Part shown: piece after piece, positions 20,083 to 29,664 of the stretch
Layout: each line of letters starts with the position of its first letter
Position numbering within the stretch: position 1 is the stretch's first letter
Source of the DNA: an uncultured Gemmatimonadales bacterium
Lineage (GTDB): Bacteria; Gemmatimonadota; Gemmatimonadetes; Longimicrobiales; RSA9
DNA length: 64,000 bases
Assembly: GCA_963741945.1 (NCBI GenBank)
Contig: CAVUKA010000005.1
Location: forward strand, 256,001-320,000
Reading direction: 5' to 3'
Notes under the pieces: generated by a model
What the model was told of the DNA's origin: nothing
What the model saw: the letters and a program-made list of their open reading frames with translations, nothing else
The model's database searches: none
Made by a program: the position numbers and the translations under genes

Positions 20083-21465
20083 ATGGGTCGTACAATCGGC
20101 CGACCCGCCGCAACCGTGCTGCTGCTGGCGGCTTTCGCCGCGCCCGCAGCCGGACAGGGATTTTCCGTATACAACCAGAGTGCGTGCTCGAGCGCCCGCG
20201 GCGGAGCCGTGGCCGCCGCGCCGTGCCCGGACGCATCCAGCATCTACTTCAGCCCGGCAGCGCTGGCGTTTCAGCCGTCCACCTTCTCGCTCGGCGCCAC
20301 CGTCGTGCACAACTCCGGCGCGTTCACCTACGACCAGTCGGGGCAGACCGTGGACCGCAAGGCCGCGAATCCGGTGGTCCCGCAGGCCTACCTGTCGTAC
20401 CGGTTCGGGCCTGAGGGTCGACTCGCCGCGGGCATCGGGGTGTGGGCGCCGTTCGGACTGACCCTGAAATGGCCGGAGACCTTCGAGGGGAGATTCCTGT
20501 CCTGGAACACTTCCGTCACCGGCATCTACGTCCAGCCGACGCTGGCCTGGCAGATCGTGCCGGGCAAGTTCTCCGTCGCCGCAGGCCCGCAGATCGTGTT
20601 CGGCGGAATGGAGATCAACCAGCACCAGGACGCGTATTACCTGGGCGCTCCGGCCTACCCGTTCCGCCCGTTGCCGGAGATCGTCCCGGGAACCGATATC
20701 GTCAGCGCCAACATGAAGGGCACCGGGACCGGCTACGGGTTCCAGGTGGGCGCGTTCTGGATGGCCAGTGATCAGCTCTCGTTCGGCGCGCGTTACATGC
20801 ACCAGGTGAAGGTCGACCTGAGCGGCGACGCGACCTTCCAGCCCCTCAACCAGGACCTGCTGGTTACGGTCGCCCCCGGCGTCCGGGTCCCGTTCGGCGC
20901 CGTCATCGCGAACCAGGCTCCCTACCTCTTCGCCCCCGGTGGGCCTTTCTCCGATCAGGGCGTCGAGGCCACCATCACGTTCCCCGCGGAAGCGGTGGTC
21001 GGCGTCAACCTGAAGGTCACCCCGGAGCTCGCCCTCGAGGGTGACTTCCAGTGGAACCGGTGGAGCGTCTTCGACACGGTCACGGCCAAATTCGAGAGCG
21101 GCACGGAGCTGGAGCTGGCCATGGACTACGAGGACACCCAGACCTACCGGGCGGGGTTCACCTATACCGCAGCCCAGAACCTCGACCTCATGGGCGGGTT
21201 CAGCTATAACGGTCCGGCGGCACCCGCCCAGACCGTCACTCCGCTGCTCCCGGACGCGGCCCGGCAGATCTACGGGCTGGGGTTCGTCTACAGCTTCGGC
21301 GCCCTCAGGGCCGAGGCCTATTACAACTACGTGAACCAGGAGGACCGCGCCGGCCGCGTCCGGAACCCGGAGCCCGGCACGAACCCGCTGACGTTGAACA
21401 TCGGCACCTACTCGAACCAGGCGAGCCTGTTCGGCCTCACGCTCGCCTACGTCTTCGGCTACTGA
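20083..21465 (+). CDS. OmpP1/FadL family outer-membrane transporter
   Basis: Signal peptide, QGF...GGAVAA...DASSIYFSPA, APFGL, TPLLPD; aromatic C-terminus. Confidence 0.85.
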   Translation: MGRTIGRPAATVLLLAAFAAPAAGQGFSVYNQSACSSARGGAVAAAPCPDASSIYFSPAALAFQPSTFSLGATVVHNSGAFTYDQSGQTVDRKAANPVVPQAYLSYRFGPEGRLAAGIGVWAPFGLTLKWPETFEGRFLSWNTSVTGIYVQPTLAWQIVPGKFSVAAGPQIVFGGMEINQHQDAYYLGAPAYPFRPLPEIVPGTDIVSANMKGTGTGYGFQVGAFWMASDQLSFGARYMHQVKVDLSGDATFQPLNQDLLVTVAPGVRVPFGAVIANQAPYLFAPGGPFSDQGVEATITFPAEAVVGVNLKVTPELALEGDFQWNRWSVFDTVTAKFESGTELELAMDYEDTQTYRAGFTYTAAQNLDLMGGFSYNGPAAPAQTVTPLLPDAARQIYGLGFVYSFGALRAEAYYNYVNQEDRAGRVRNPEPGTNPLTLNIGTYSNQASLFGLTLAYVFGY

Positions 21466-21685
21466 GCGGGGACAATCCTCCACTCGGGGCTCTCATGACC
21501 TCGGCTCGGCGATTCCAGGACCGAGCGAGGCAGGGGGGATCGCGTCCGGCCACCGGTCGGGCGCGGTCCCTTGTCCTGGAACCGGACATCGGGCCACCCG
21601 CCGCACGCCCCCCTCGTAAGGCGCCGATGCACGGACCCATCATCGACCGTGACCGCGTGTTCAACAGTCGCCGCGGAGGTGGCAC

Positions 21686-22582
21686 ATGAAAGTGATCGCT
21701 CAGAACTCCACGGGCGTCCCGCCCCAGGCGCTGCTTCTCTCCCTGCTCTGCCTGTGGATCCCCGTGCTCAGCTCGGCGTTCTTCCCCACCTGGACCTACG
21801 ACGCGGGCGCCCTGGTCTGGCTGCTGGCCCTCATTCCACCCTTCCTCCTCTCCTACTATCGCGGATGGGGCGGCGCTTCCCTCGCCCTCGCCGCCGGGAT
21901 GGCCGCCCTCACCAGCGCACAGGTGGTCGTCACCGTCTCCGGGGGAGACCTCCCTCGCACCGAGATCCTGTTCGGGTTCACGGTCATCCTGATCGCGGTC
22001 TCGCTCGGAACCGGCGCACTCTCCACCCTCTTCCGCCGCAAGCTCGAGGAGGCCAGGCAGATGGCCCTCACGGACTCCGATACCGGGCTCCCGAACCGAC
22101 GGCACGGGATGCTCCACCTCGAGCGCGCCTTCGCAGCCGCCCAGCGAGGAATCGGGGTCTCCGTGGTCCTGTTCGATCTCGACCGCTTCAAGCAGGTCAA
22201 CGACAGGCACGGGCACCGCGCCGGCGATGCCGCCCTGCGTGAGTTCGGGCGCGTGCTCCTGTCGCGCACCCGAACCATGCACCTGAGCGTTCGCTACGGC
22301 GGCGAAGAGTTCCTCTCCATCCTGGACGGGGTTCCCGCTACCGGTGCGAGAGTGATGGCCGAGCGCGTGCTCGAGGGGATCCGCAAGCAGGAGTTCCCGT
22401 GGGGGAGAGTGTCGTGCAGCGCGGGGGTGGCCGAGTACGAGCCGGGGATGAAGTCGCCTGATGACCTCATCGCCGCCGCCGACCGCGCCCTCTACCGCGC
22501 CAAGGAGGAGGGACGGGACAGGGTGGTGGTGATGGAGCGCTACGGGGCCAGGGGCGACGCGGCCGCGGTGTCCGCGAGCTGA
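21686..22582 (+). CDS. Membrane-bound diguanylate cyclase
   Basis: N-terminal TM helices; DSDTGLPNRR, DLDRFKQVND, RYGGEEF, ADRALYRAK. Confidence 0.93.
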   Translation: MKVIAQNSTGVPPQALLLSLLCLWIPVLSSAFFPTWTYDAGALVWLLALIPPFLLSYYRGWGGASLALAAGMAALTSAQVVVTVSGGDLPRTEILFGFTVILIAVSLGTGALSTLFRRKLEEARQMALTDSDTGLPNRRHGMLHLERAFAAAQRGIGVSVVLFDLDRFKQVNDRHGHRAGDAALREFGRVLLSRTRTMHLSVRYGGEEFLSILDGVPATGARVMAERVLEGIRKQEFPWGRVSCSAGVAEYEPGMKSPDDLIAAADRALYRAKEEGRDRVVVMERYGARGDAAAVSAS

Positions 22583-22643
22583 CTCGCACCCGGGAGGACG
22601 ACGCGTCCACGCGTCCACCGGGCCGGCCTCCCCTGCTTCATCG

Positions 22644-23081
22644 TCAGACCGCGATCCGCCGCGGCTCCGACTCCTCTGCCCCGGGATGCTCCACGTGCAC
22701 CTGCACATCGGCACCGTGCACGAGCGTGTTGTGCGCCGGACAGCTCCGCGCCACCCGATCCAGCATCTGAGCGTACTCCGCCGGGATCGCCTCCTGGAGC
22801 ACGACCTTCACCTCGAACACGCCCACCCGCCCCGGGTTGCGCGCCCCGATCTGCTGCACTTCCACTCGCATACCTTCGTACGGCAGACCGCGCGCGTGGC
22901 AGAACTGCTGCACGTACAGCGCTACGCACGTGCCCAGCGACGCGCCGAGGAGCTCGATCGGCATCGGCCCCTCGTCCGCCCCTGCGCCCTTCGGCTGGTC
23001 CACGATCAGCCGGTGCCCCCGGATGTCGGTCGCGAACTTCAGTCCGCCCTCGTGCGTGATCACCATGGGTGGGTACGCCAT
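22644..23081 (-). CDS. OsmC family protein
   Basis: DQPKGAGADEGPMPIELLGASLGTC ... CPAHNTL. Confidence 0.88.
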   Translation of the reverse strand: MAYPPMVITHEGGLKFATDIRGHRLIVDQPKGAGADEGPMPIELLGASLGTCVALYVQQFCHARGLPYEGMRVEVQQIGARNPGRVGVFEVKVVLQEAIPAEYAQMLDRVARSCPAHNTLVHGADVQVHVEHPGAEESEPRRIAV

Positions 23082-23171
23082 TCCTGTCCTCCATTACCGT
23101 ATAGTTGTTTACTTGTGTAGTCTAACCCGCCCGTCAAGGGGGGCCGCAGGCGAGGGACCGGAACTGCAGAC

Positions 23172-24272
23172 CTACTGGTACTGGATGTAGACGGGGGCGG
23201 GATCCAGCCGGATCAGCTCCTCCGGGGTGAGCATGCGCGAGCCGCCCTTGCGGTCGTTGTGGAAGAAGAGCTTGAAGCCGGTGAACTGGTCGGCTTCCGG
23301 GGCCACGATGTCGGTGTAGGCCTGGATCTTCTGCGCGGGCGGCCCCCATCCGTCCATGTTGATGACCACCTGGACGCGGGGGTCGAGCCGGATCTGGTCG
23401 GCATTGCGCAGCATGCTCTGAGTGAAGCGGTGGACCACGAGCACCTTCGGCGGGAGGTGGAACTCGTCGACGAGGTGGGCGAGGAAGCGGATGGCGAAGT
23501 TGACGTCCTCGGCGGTCATGGAGCCGATCTGGCGGCCGGGGATGCCGTCGCCGGGCATCGACCATTCGGGGTCGAGCGCCAAGTGCACGTTCGGGTCGCG
23601 CAGCCACTCGGCGAGCCTGGGGAGCTCGGCGGGGACGTCGCTTCGCCCGGGCTGGATGTCCAGGAAGAGCAGGGCGTCGCGTCGCTTGGCCCAGTCCATC
23701 ACCTGTTGGATCCGCCAGTCCGGCATGCGGACGCGGTAGAGGCTGTCCGGCCCGGGATCGCCGGCGGCCATCACGGTGATGAGCTGAAGCGCCGGACGGA
23801 CCGGGGTGCCCGGGTCGGCGGCGCGCCACGCGGCCACTTCGCGATCCAGCCGCTGGAGCATCTCCTCCGGAGGCAGCTCGCCCAGGATCCCCATTCGTTT
23901 CGACGCTGGATTCCCGTAGAACGCCACGATCCGCTCCCGGGGGAGCAGCGAACCCGGGAGCACGGGCACCGGCGACCGGCGACGTGGGGCGCGACGTGCC
24001 GGCGGAGCCGGACTCGGCTTCCGCTCGGTCGCTTCGGGTTCCTTCTCTTCAGGCGCGCGCGCAGCTTCCGCGGCCGTCCCCACCGGTTCGCCGATCACGG
24101 TGTCCGCCGCCTCCGGCTTCGCCGCCGCGCTATCCCTTCGCGGCTCGATCCGCGTCGTGTCGGGCGGGACCGGGCGGGGGGAGGGCGACGCGGGCGACGG
24201 TGCGCCGCACGCGGCGACCACCACCGTCGCCGCCACGACCCACCAACCGGATTTCCACATCGTCCGCTTCAT
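23172..24272 (-). CDS. Conserved hypothetical lipoprotein
   Basis: VAAC lipobox, Pro/Ala/Glu-rich linker, globular domain (AFYGNP, LDIQPG, HLALDPEW, NMDGWG, GFKLFF). Confidence 0.75.
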   Translation of the reverse strand: MKRTMWKSGWWVVAATVVVAACGAPSPASPSPRPVPPDTTRIEPRRDSAAAKPEAADTVIGEPVGTAAEAARAPEEKEPEATERKPSPAPPARRAPRRRSPVPVLPGSLLPRERIVAFYGNPASKRMGILGELPPEEMLQRLDREVAAWRAADPGTPVRPALQLITVMAAGDPGPDSLYRVRMPDWRIQQVMDWAKRRDALLFLDIQPGRSDVPAELPRLAEWLRDPNVHLALDPEWSMPGDGIPGRQIGSMTAEDVNFAIRFLAHLVDEFHLPPKVLVVHRFTQSMLRNADQIRLDPRVQVVINMDGWGPPAQKIQAYTDIVAPEADQFTGFKLFFHNDRKGGSRMLTPEELIRLDPAPVYIQYQ

Positions 24273-24616
24273 CCTCTGCTCACTCGCGCTCCGTGCGTCC
24301 CAGCCTTCCGTCATCCCGCGGCCCCGGTCGGCCGCCCCTCGGCCGCCCCTCGAGCGCCGTAAAGATAACGGAGATCGAAGCGGACGGGAGCACCCTCCCC
24401 GGTTTCTCCCACGTTCGCTCCCGCCGCAGTCCGGCGAACCTCCTCCACCCTCCCGAACCGCCACCGCGCCCCTCCTCTCCCTTTCGGTGTAGTCGGAAAC
24501 CCTACATCTTCACGGACACCTGTAGTATATTCCCCTACGGTTGTGCGACCGGGACGCGGGACGGGGTCCGCGGCTGCGGGGGCAACGGAAATCGAGCGAT
24601 TGCGGGGGAGGCGCAC

Positions 24617-25102
24617 GTGACGGATCGGGCGATGTCGAAAACCATGTCGCTGCCGAACGCGAGTGAGCCGTGGCCGGGGGTGGTATCGGCCGGCCAGCCT
24701 CATGCGGGCCAATGGGCGGGACTGCGCGAGGACGGGATCACCGCGGTGGTGGACCTGCGCGAGGAGTGGGAGCCGCGCGGGCACGAGGAGGCGGGCGCGG
24801 TGGAAGCCGCGGGTCTCTGCTATCTGGCGGTGCCGTTCGGCCACGGTCCCATCCGTGATGAGACGTTCGAGCGAGTGCGCGAGGTCATGCGGGACACGAG
24901 AGGAGCGCCCGTGGTGGTCCACTGTGCTTCCGGGAACCGGGTTGGCGCGGCGCTTCTGCCCTGGTGGATCCTGGACGAGGGGCTGACGGAGGAGCAAGCG
25001 CTCGGTGCCGCCGTGAAGGCCGGTCTCAGGAGCCGCGGCCTGGCAATGATCGCCCTGGATTACGCTCGCCGGATACAGGAGGAGCGGGAGGCGGCCGCGT
25101 GA
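24617..25102 (+). CDS. DUF442/Blh-like sulfur transferase (phosphatase-like fold)
   Basis: SAGQP, VVDLR and HCASGNR (C-x4-R) motifs; GTG start after GGAGG. Confidence 0.75.
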   Translation: MTDRAMSKTMSLPNASEPWPGVVSAGQPHAGQWAGLREDGITAVVDLREEWEPRGHEEAGAVEAAGLCYLAVPFGHGPIRDETFERVREVMRDTRGAPVVVHCASGNRVGAALLPWWILDEGLTEEQALGAAVKAGLRSRGLAMIALDYARRIQEEREAAA

Positions 25103-25224
25103 TCCTGAAGCGGCTCGATCCTGTCTGACGACGTGGGGTGGATGACTGGTCCCGGGCCGCCGCGATTTCTACCTTGTCGGAGGCGAGCGAACGCGCGCCC
25201 GCCCACACTGGCGGCCGAGGCAGC

Positions 25225-25593
25225 ATGACACACAGGATCCTGGAGGCGCTGATGGCAGGGACAGGGGACGAGCCGCTCTCACCGGAGCTCATCGCGCTGG
25301 TCGCGCAGCGCTTCAAGGCGCTCGCGGAGCCGGCGCGCATCCAGATCCTGCAGACGCTGCGGGAGGGGGAGCGGACCGTTTCCGAGATGGTGGAAGAGAC
25401 GGAGCTCGGGCAGGCGAACGTCTCCAAGCACCTGCAGCTGCTCCACTCGCTCGGCTTCGTGAAGCGCCGCAAGGAAGGGCTGTACGTGTACTACAGCCTG
25501 GCCGGCGAGGACATCTTCCGTATGTGCGACATCATGTGCGGCCGGATCGAAGCGGAGGCCGACCATCGTGCCGCGGTGCTGCGCGACCGCTGA
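25225..25593 (+). CDS. ArsR/SmtB family transcriptional regulator
   Basis: FKALAEPARIQIL, QANVSKHL, RRKEGLYVYYSL, C-terminal CDIMC. Confidence 0.92.
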   Translation: MTHRILEALMAGTGDEPLSPELIALVAQRFKALAEPARIQILQTLREGERTVSEMVEETELGQANVSKHLQLLHSLGFVKRRKEGLYVYYSLAGEDIFRMCDIMCGRIEAEADHRAAVLRDR

Positions 25594-25612
25594 CGGCCGC
25601 TCCCCCTCCTCT

Positions 25613-26206
25613 TCAGCGGTCGGCCAGCGCGCCCGTCAGGCACTCCCGCCACTCGGCTTCTGCCTTGATCCGCTGCAGCGCCCGCCGCACGACCACATCG
25701 TTCCCGCGCTGGATCACTTTCCAGTACCGCACGAACTGACGCCTCGCCTCCTCGTCCGTGGCCTCCACGCGGGCTTCGTAGTGGAGAAGCGTGCGGCCGT
25801 ACCCTCCCGGCCTCGCCTCCGACGCCACCACCAGCTTGAGATAGCCCGGCTCCGAGAATGACGCGAAATCCTCCGCCGCCACCTTCCGGGGGCCATAATC
25901 CCGCCGCCAGAATCGTCCGATGGACCCCAGCGCGAGCGCCCGCCCGTCCTCTTCCGCCAGCTTCACCCACCCCGGTCCAACGTCCGGAATGTTCGTGAAC
26001 GACGCATCCCCGAGGTCGGGCCGTGCGCGCCCGAGGCGCCGGGCCACGCGGTTCGGAAGGTCCCGCACCGCGAAGAGCGTGGCGATCACGGGATCGCGAA
26101 GCTCGGTCCCCTTGATCACTGCCATCACCACTTCCGGAGCCGCGTCGACTTCCGTCTCGCGCACTTCGTTGAAGTCGGGCTCCGGTATGAATCGCTCGAT
26201 CAGCAT
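25613..26206 (-). CDS. Conserved hypothetical protein (DUF2867-like)
   Basis: MLIERFIPEPDFNEV start after AGGAG; GSIGRFW, EARVEATDEEARRQFVRYW. Confidence 0.65.
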   Translation of the reverse strand: MLIERFIPEPDFNEVRETEVDAAPEVVMAVIKGTELRDPVIATLFAVRDLPNRVARRLGRARPDLGDASFTNIPDVGPGWVKLAEEDGRALALGSIGRFWRRDYGPRKVAAEDFASFSEPGYLKLVVASEARPGGYGRTLLHYEARVEATDEEARRQFVRYWKVIQRGNDVVVRRALQRIKAEAEWRECLTGALADR

Positions 26207-26396
26207 CGCCGTGGCTCCTTCCCTCCTTCGGCCGCGCGCCGGCCGCGGATTCCCGCGCCCCGGCCACCCGGCCCCACATTGATGATGGACGCGCTGCACA
26301 CGGACGCCAGCAGGCAAACGCCGATGCTTCCGTGGGGGATTCCCCGCTACCCCCGCCCGCGCCGCGGTCACCCCCGCCTCACGCCCGCACGTCGCC

Positions 26397-26921
26397 TCAC
26401 GCCAGTCCACCACCGGGCGCGAGCTCGTCCAGGAAATGGGCGGCGAGCTCCGCACGACCGGCCAGCCCCGATTTCTGGTAGACGCTGACCGCATGCTGAC
26501 GGACCGTACGCTCCGAACGATCCGTCAGGCGCCCAATGGCCTTGTGCGTGTGCCCCTTCAGCAGGAAGAACGCAACTTCCCGCTCCGCGTCCGTCAGCTC
26601 CCACGCCGCGAACTCCGCTTCCATCATCCCCGCCAGCCCGTCCAGCGGCGGCCTGGCCGAGCGTCGCCCTCGGCCGTCCCCTTCCCCCCGTGCTCCCAGC
26701 GCGGCGCTCAGCACTTCACCCCGCGCCTGCGCCCGCCACCATCCCAGCCACAGCCCCACCGCGAGCAGGAGCGCGCCCCCATAGGTCAGCAGCTCGAATA
26801 CCACGTGCCCCGTCGTGCCCCCGGCCACATCCAGCCCCACGTTCACTGCCGCCACAGTCACGATCAGCACTACCACCAGGTGGAGCACGGTCCGCAGCGT
26901 TCGTGCGCTGATCTCGCCCAT
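26397..26921 (-). CDS. LuxR-type HTH regulator with two N-terminal TM helices
   Basis: WELTDAEREVAFFLLKG...SERTVRQHAVSVYQKSG; hydrophobic N-terminus. Confidence 0.85.
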   Translation of the reverse strand: MGEISARTLRTVLHLVVVLIVTVAAVNVGLDVAGGTTGHVVFELLTYGGALLLAVGLWLGWWRAQARGEVLSAALGARGEGDGRGRRSARPPLDGLAGMMEAEFAAWELTDAEREVAFFLLKGHTHKAIGRLTDRSERTVRQHAVSVYQKSGLAGRAELAAHFLDELAPGGGLA

Positions 26922-27085
26922 GCCAGCCCCCCTTCTGCCCGTGCCCTGGCGCCCGGCAGCCGTATCCGTCATTTGCCGGATCGTCGCGCCGGGCGCGGAA
27001 CACCAATTCTCCAACCAATCTCGACCGTCGCTCGCGCGGGCACAATGCGCGAGGCCCGCGACTCAATCGAACATCCGGGGGGAGC

Positions 27086-28150
27086 ATGAGGAGAATGGGA
27101 CAGCTCACGGCAATGGCGATCCTGGTGGCGGGCGCGGCGGCCGCCTGCGGCGGGAGCACGGGGGGTGACGAGGCGACGGCCAGCGTCGATCCGGATCTCA
27201 TTTCTGCGTTCGCCCCACTCCCGTCCGTCATGGCATCGGAGTCGAACCCGATCACGGCCGAGAAGGTCGCGCTGGGTCGGATGCTGTACTACGACACCCG
27301 CTTCTCGGTGAGTGGCGACGTTTCCTGCTACGTGTGCCATCCGCTCCACGATTACGGCACGAGCCACCGGTCCACGGGCGTGGGGCACAACGGGAAGCTC
27401 GGGCCCCGGAACGAGCCGACGGTCTACAATGCGGCGGGCCACGTGGCCCAGTTCTGGGACGGCCGTGCAGAGGACGTGGAGGCGCAGGCCCTCGGCCCGG
27501 TGTTGAACCCTGTCGAGATGGGGATCTCCCAGGAGTCGGACGTGGTGAGTATCCTGCGCTCGATGCCCGGATACGTGAATGCGTTCGAAGCGGCGTTCCC
27601 CGGTGACGCAGACCCGGTGACGTTCCGCAACTTCGGTCTGGCGGTCGGCGCGTTCGAGCGAGGGCTGGTCACGCCGTCGCGGTGGGATGCTTTCCTGGGC
27701 GGCGACGCGAGCGCGCTCACGGCGGAGGAGCAGGCCGGCCTCGAGCGGTTCGTGAGCGCAGGCTGCGTCGCCTGCCACGCCGGTGCGTACGTGGGCGGTG
27801 CCAGCTACCAGAAGGCCGGCCTGGTGCACGCGTGGTTCGACCTGAGCGACACCGGGCGCCAGCAGGTGACGGGGCAGGAGGCGGACCGGATGATGTTCAA
27901 GGTCCCGTCGCTCCGGAACGTCGAAGAGACCTGGCCGTACTTCCACAACGGCTCCGTTCAGCGCCTCGCCGACGCCGTCCGCCTTATGGGCTGGCATCAG
28001 GTCGGCGCGCAGCTCTCGGACGACGACGTGGCGGCGATCACCTCATGGCTGCGCACGCTGACCGGGCCCGTCGACTTCGACTACATCAACGAGCCCGTCC
28101 TGCCCTCCGGTCCCGAGCCCGCACTCCAGGAGGGCGTGGCGCTGCGGTAG
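27086..28150 (+). CDS. Di-heme cytochrome c peroxidase, lipoprotein
   Basis: Lipobox AAAC; CYVCH and CVACH heme motifs; QFWDGRA, NPVEM, FKVPSLRNV, PYFHNG. Confidence 0.93.
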   Translation: MRRMGQLTAMAILVAGAAAACGGSTGGDEATASVDPDLISAFAPLPSVMASESNPITAEKVALGRMLYYDTRFSVSGDVSCYVCHPLHDYGTSHRSTGVGHNGKLGPRNEPTVYNAAGHVAQFWDGRAEDVEAQALGPVLNPVEMGISQESDVVSILRSMPGYVNAFEAAFPGDADPVTFRNFGLAVGAFERGLVTPSRWDAFLGGDASALTAEEQAGLERFVSAGCVACHAGAYVGGASYQKAGLVHAWFDLSDTGRQQVTGQEADRMMFKVPSLRNVEETWPYFHNGSVQRLADAVRLMGWHQVGAQLSDDDVAAITSWLRTLTGPVDFDYINEPVLPSGPEPALQEGVALR

Positions 28151-28351
28151 GGGACGCGCAGGGTCGAAGCCCGCCGCGTTCGGCGGTACCAACGGCGCTC
28201 CTGGCATGGTCGGGAGCGCCGTTCTTCGCGCCATCGGCCCCTGCCCGTGATGCCCTTGCGGCCTGCCCGGGCCCGCCCGAACTTCGCACCCACGCGCGCG
28301 GCGCGGCGGAGGCGCGGGGCCTTCGTGTCACCTGGTGGAGCGAGAGATGTC

Positions 28352-29545
28352 ATGGATACGCAAGCATACCTGGAGCAGGCCGAGCGATACAGCGCACACA
28401 ACTACCACCCCCTGCCCGTGGTCCTCACGCGCGGTGAGGGGGTCTGGGTCTGGGACGTGGATGGCCGGAAGTACATGGACATGCTGTCGGCCTACTCCGC
28501 GGTGAACCAGGGCCATGCGCATCCGCGTATCGTGCAGGCGCTCATCGATCAGGCGCGGCGGCTCCCCCTCACTTCGCGCGCGTTCCAGAACGATCGGATG
28601 GGGCCGTTCCTGGAGCGCCTCTGTGAGATCTCCGGCTACGACAAGGCGCTCCCCATGAACACCGGGGCGGAGGCCGTGGAGACGGCCATCAAGGCCGTGC
28701 GCAAGTGGGGCTACGAAGTGAAGGGCGTTCCGGCCGACCAGGCGGAGATCCTGGTGTTCGAAGGCAATTTCCACGGCCGGACCACCACCATCATCAGCTT
28801 TTCATCGGAAGATCTCTACAAGCAGGGGTTCGGCCCGCTCACGCCGGGATTCCGGATCCTCCCGTACGGCGACCTGGAGGCCCTCTCGGAAGCCATGTCG
28901 GAGCGCACGGTGGGCGTGCTGGTCGAGCCGATCCAGGGGGAGGCCGGCGTGGTGGTGCCGCCCGACGGATTCCTCCAGGGGGCGCGCGAGCTGTGCGACC
29001 GCCACGGCGCGCTGCTGATCGCCGACGAGATCCAGACCGGCCTCGGCCGCACCGGCCGCATGTTCGCCAGCGACTGGGAGAACGTCCGCCCGGACGTGAT
29101 GATCGTGGGGAAGGCGCTCGGCGGAGGCGTGTATCCCGTGTCCGCCATCCTCGCGGACGACGAGGTCATGGAGGTGTTCACGCCCGGGAGCCACGGCTCC
29201 ACGTTCGGCGGCAACCCCCTGGGCGCGGCCGTGGGGCTCGCCGCCCTGAACGTGATCGTGGAGGAGCGCCTGCCGGAGCGGGCCGCGGAGCTCGGCGACT
29301 GGTTCATGGGCGAGCTGCGGGCCATGAACTCGCCCAGCATCCGACAGGTGCGCGGCCGGGGGCTGCTCATCGGCGTCGTCATGACCGGTCCCGCGCGACC
29401 GTATTGTGAAGCGCTGAAGGAGCGAGGGATCCTGGCCAAGGAAACCCACGAGGAGGTGGTCCGCTTCGCTCCGCCGCTCATCGTCACGAAGGAGCAGCTC
29501 GAGGCCGTGCTCCCGGAGATCCGCGAAGTGCTCGGGGCCGCCTGA
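28352..29545 (+). CDS. rocD: Ornithine aminotransferase
   Basis: AHNYHPLPVV, SAYSAVNQGH, NFHGRT, EPIQGEAG, DEIQTGLGRTG, GKALGGG. Confidence 0.95.
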   Translation: MDTQAYLEQAERYSAHNYHPLPVVLTRGEGVWVWDVDGRKYMDMLSAYSAVNQGHAHPRIVQALIDQARRLPLTSRAFQNDRMGPFLERLCEISGYDKALPMNTGAEAVETAIKAVRKWGYEVKGVPADQAEILVFEGNFHGRTTTIISFSSEDLYKQGFGPLTPGFRILPYGDLEALSEAMSERTVGVLVEPIQGEAGVVVPPDGFLQGARELCDRHGALLIADEIQTGLGRTGRMFASDWENVRPDVMIVGKALGGGVYPVSAILADDEVMEVFTPGSHGSTFGGNPLGAAVGLAALNVIVEERLPERAAELGDWFMGELRAMNSPSIRQVRGRGLLIGVVMTGPARPYCEALKERGILAKETHEEVVRFAPPLIVTKEQLEAVLPEIREVLGAA

Positions 29546-29564
29546 GCCCGGGATCGAGCGCTCG

Positions 29565-29606
29565 CACGGAGCCGCGAAGGGCAGCCCCACTCTTCGCGGC
29601 TTCGTG
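29565..29606. terminator. Hairpin between convergent rocD and glnA (related to the CGCGAAG repeat family)
   Basis: CACGGAGCCGCGAAG ... CTTCGCGGCTTCGTG. Confidence 0.55.
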
Positions 29607-29664
29607 TGAACGTTCGATTGCGTGACCGCGCACCGGCCGCCGTCGCGTCTGTCTCCTGCGCGGC

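Noticed and set aside
26279-26488. 69-aa ORF MMMDALH...
   Set aside because: No RBS or motif, Arg/Pro-rich, overlaps the LuxR gene end on the opposite strand.
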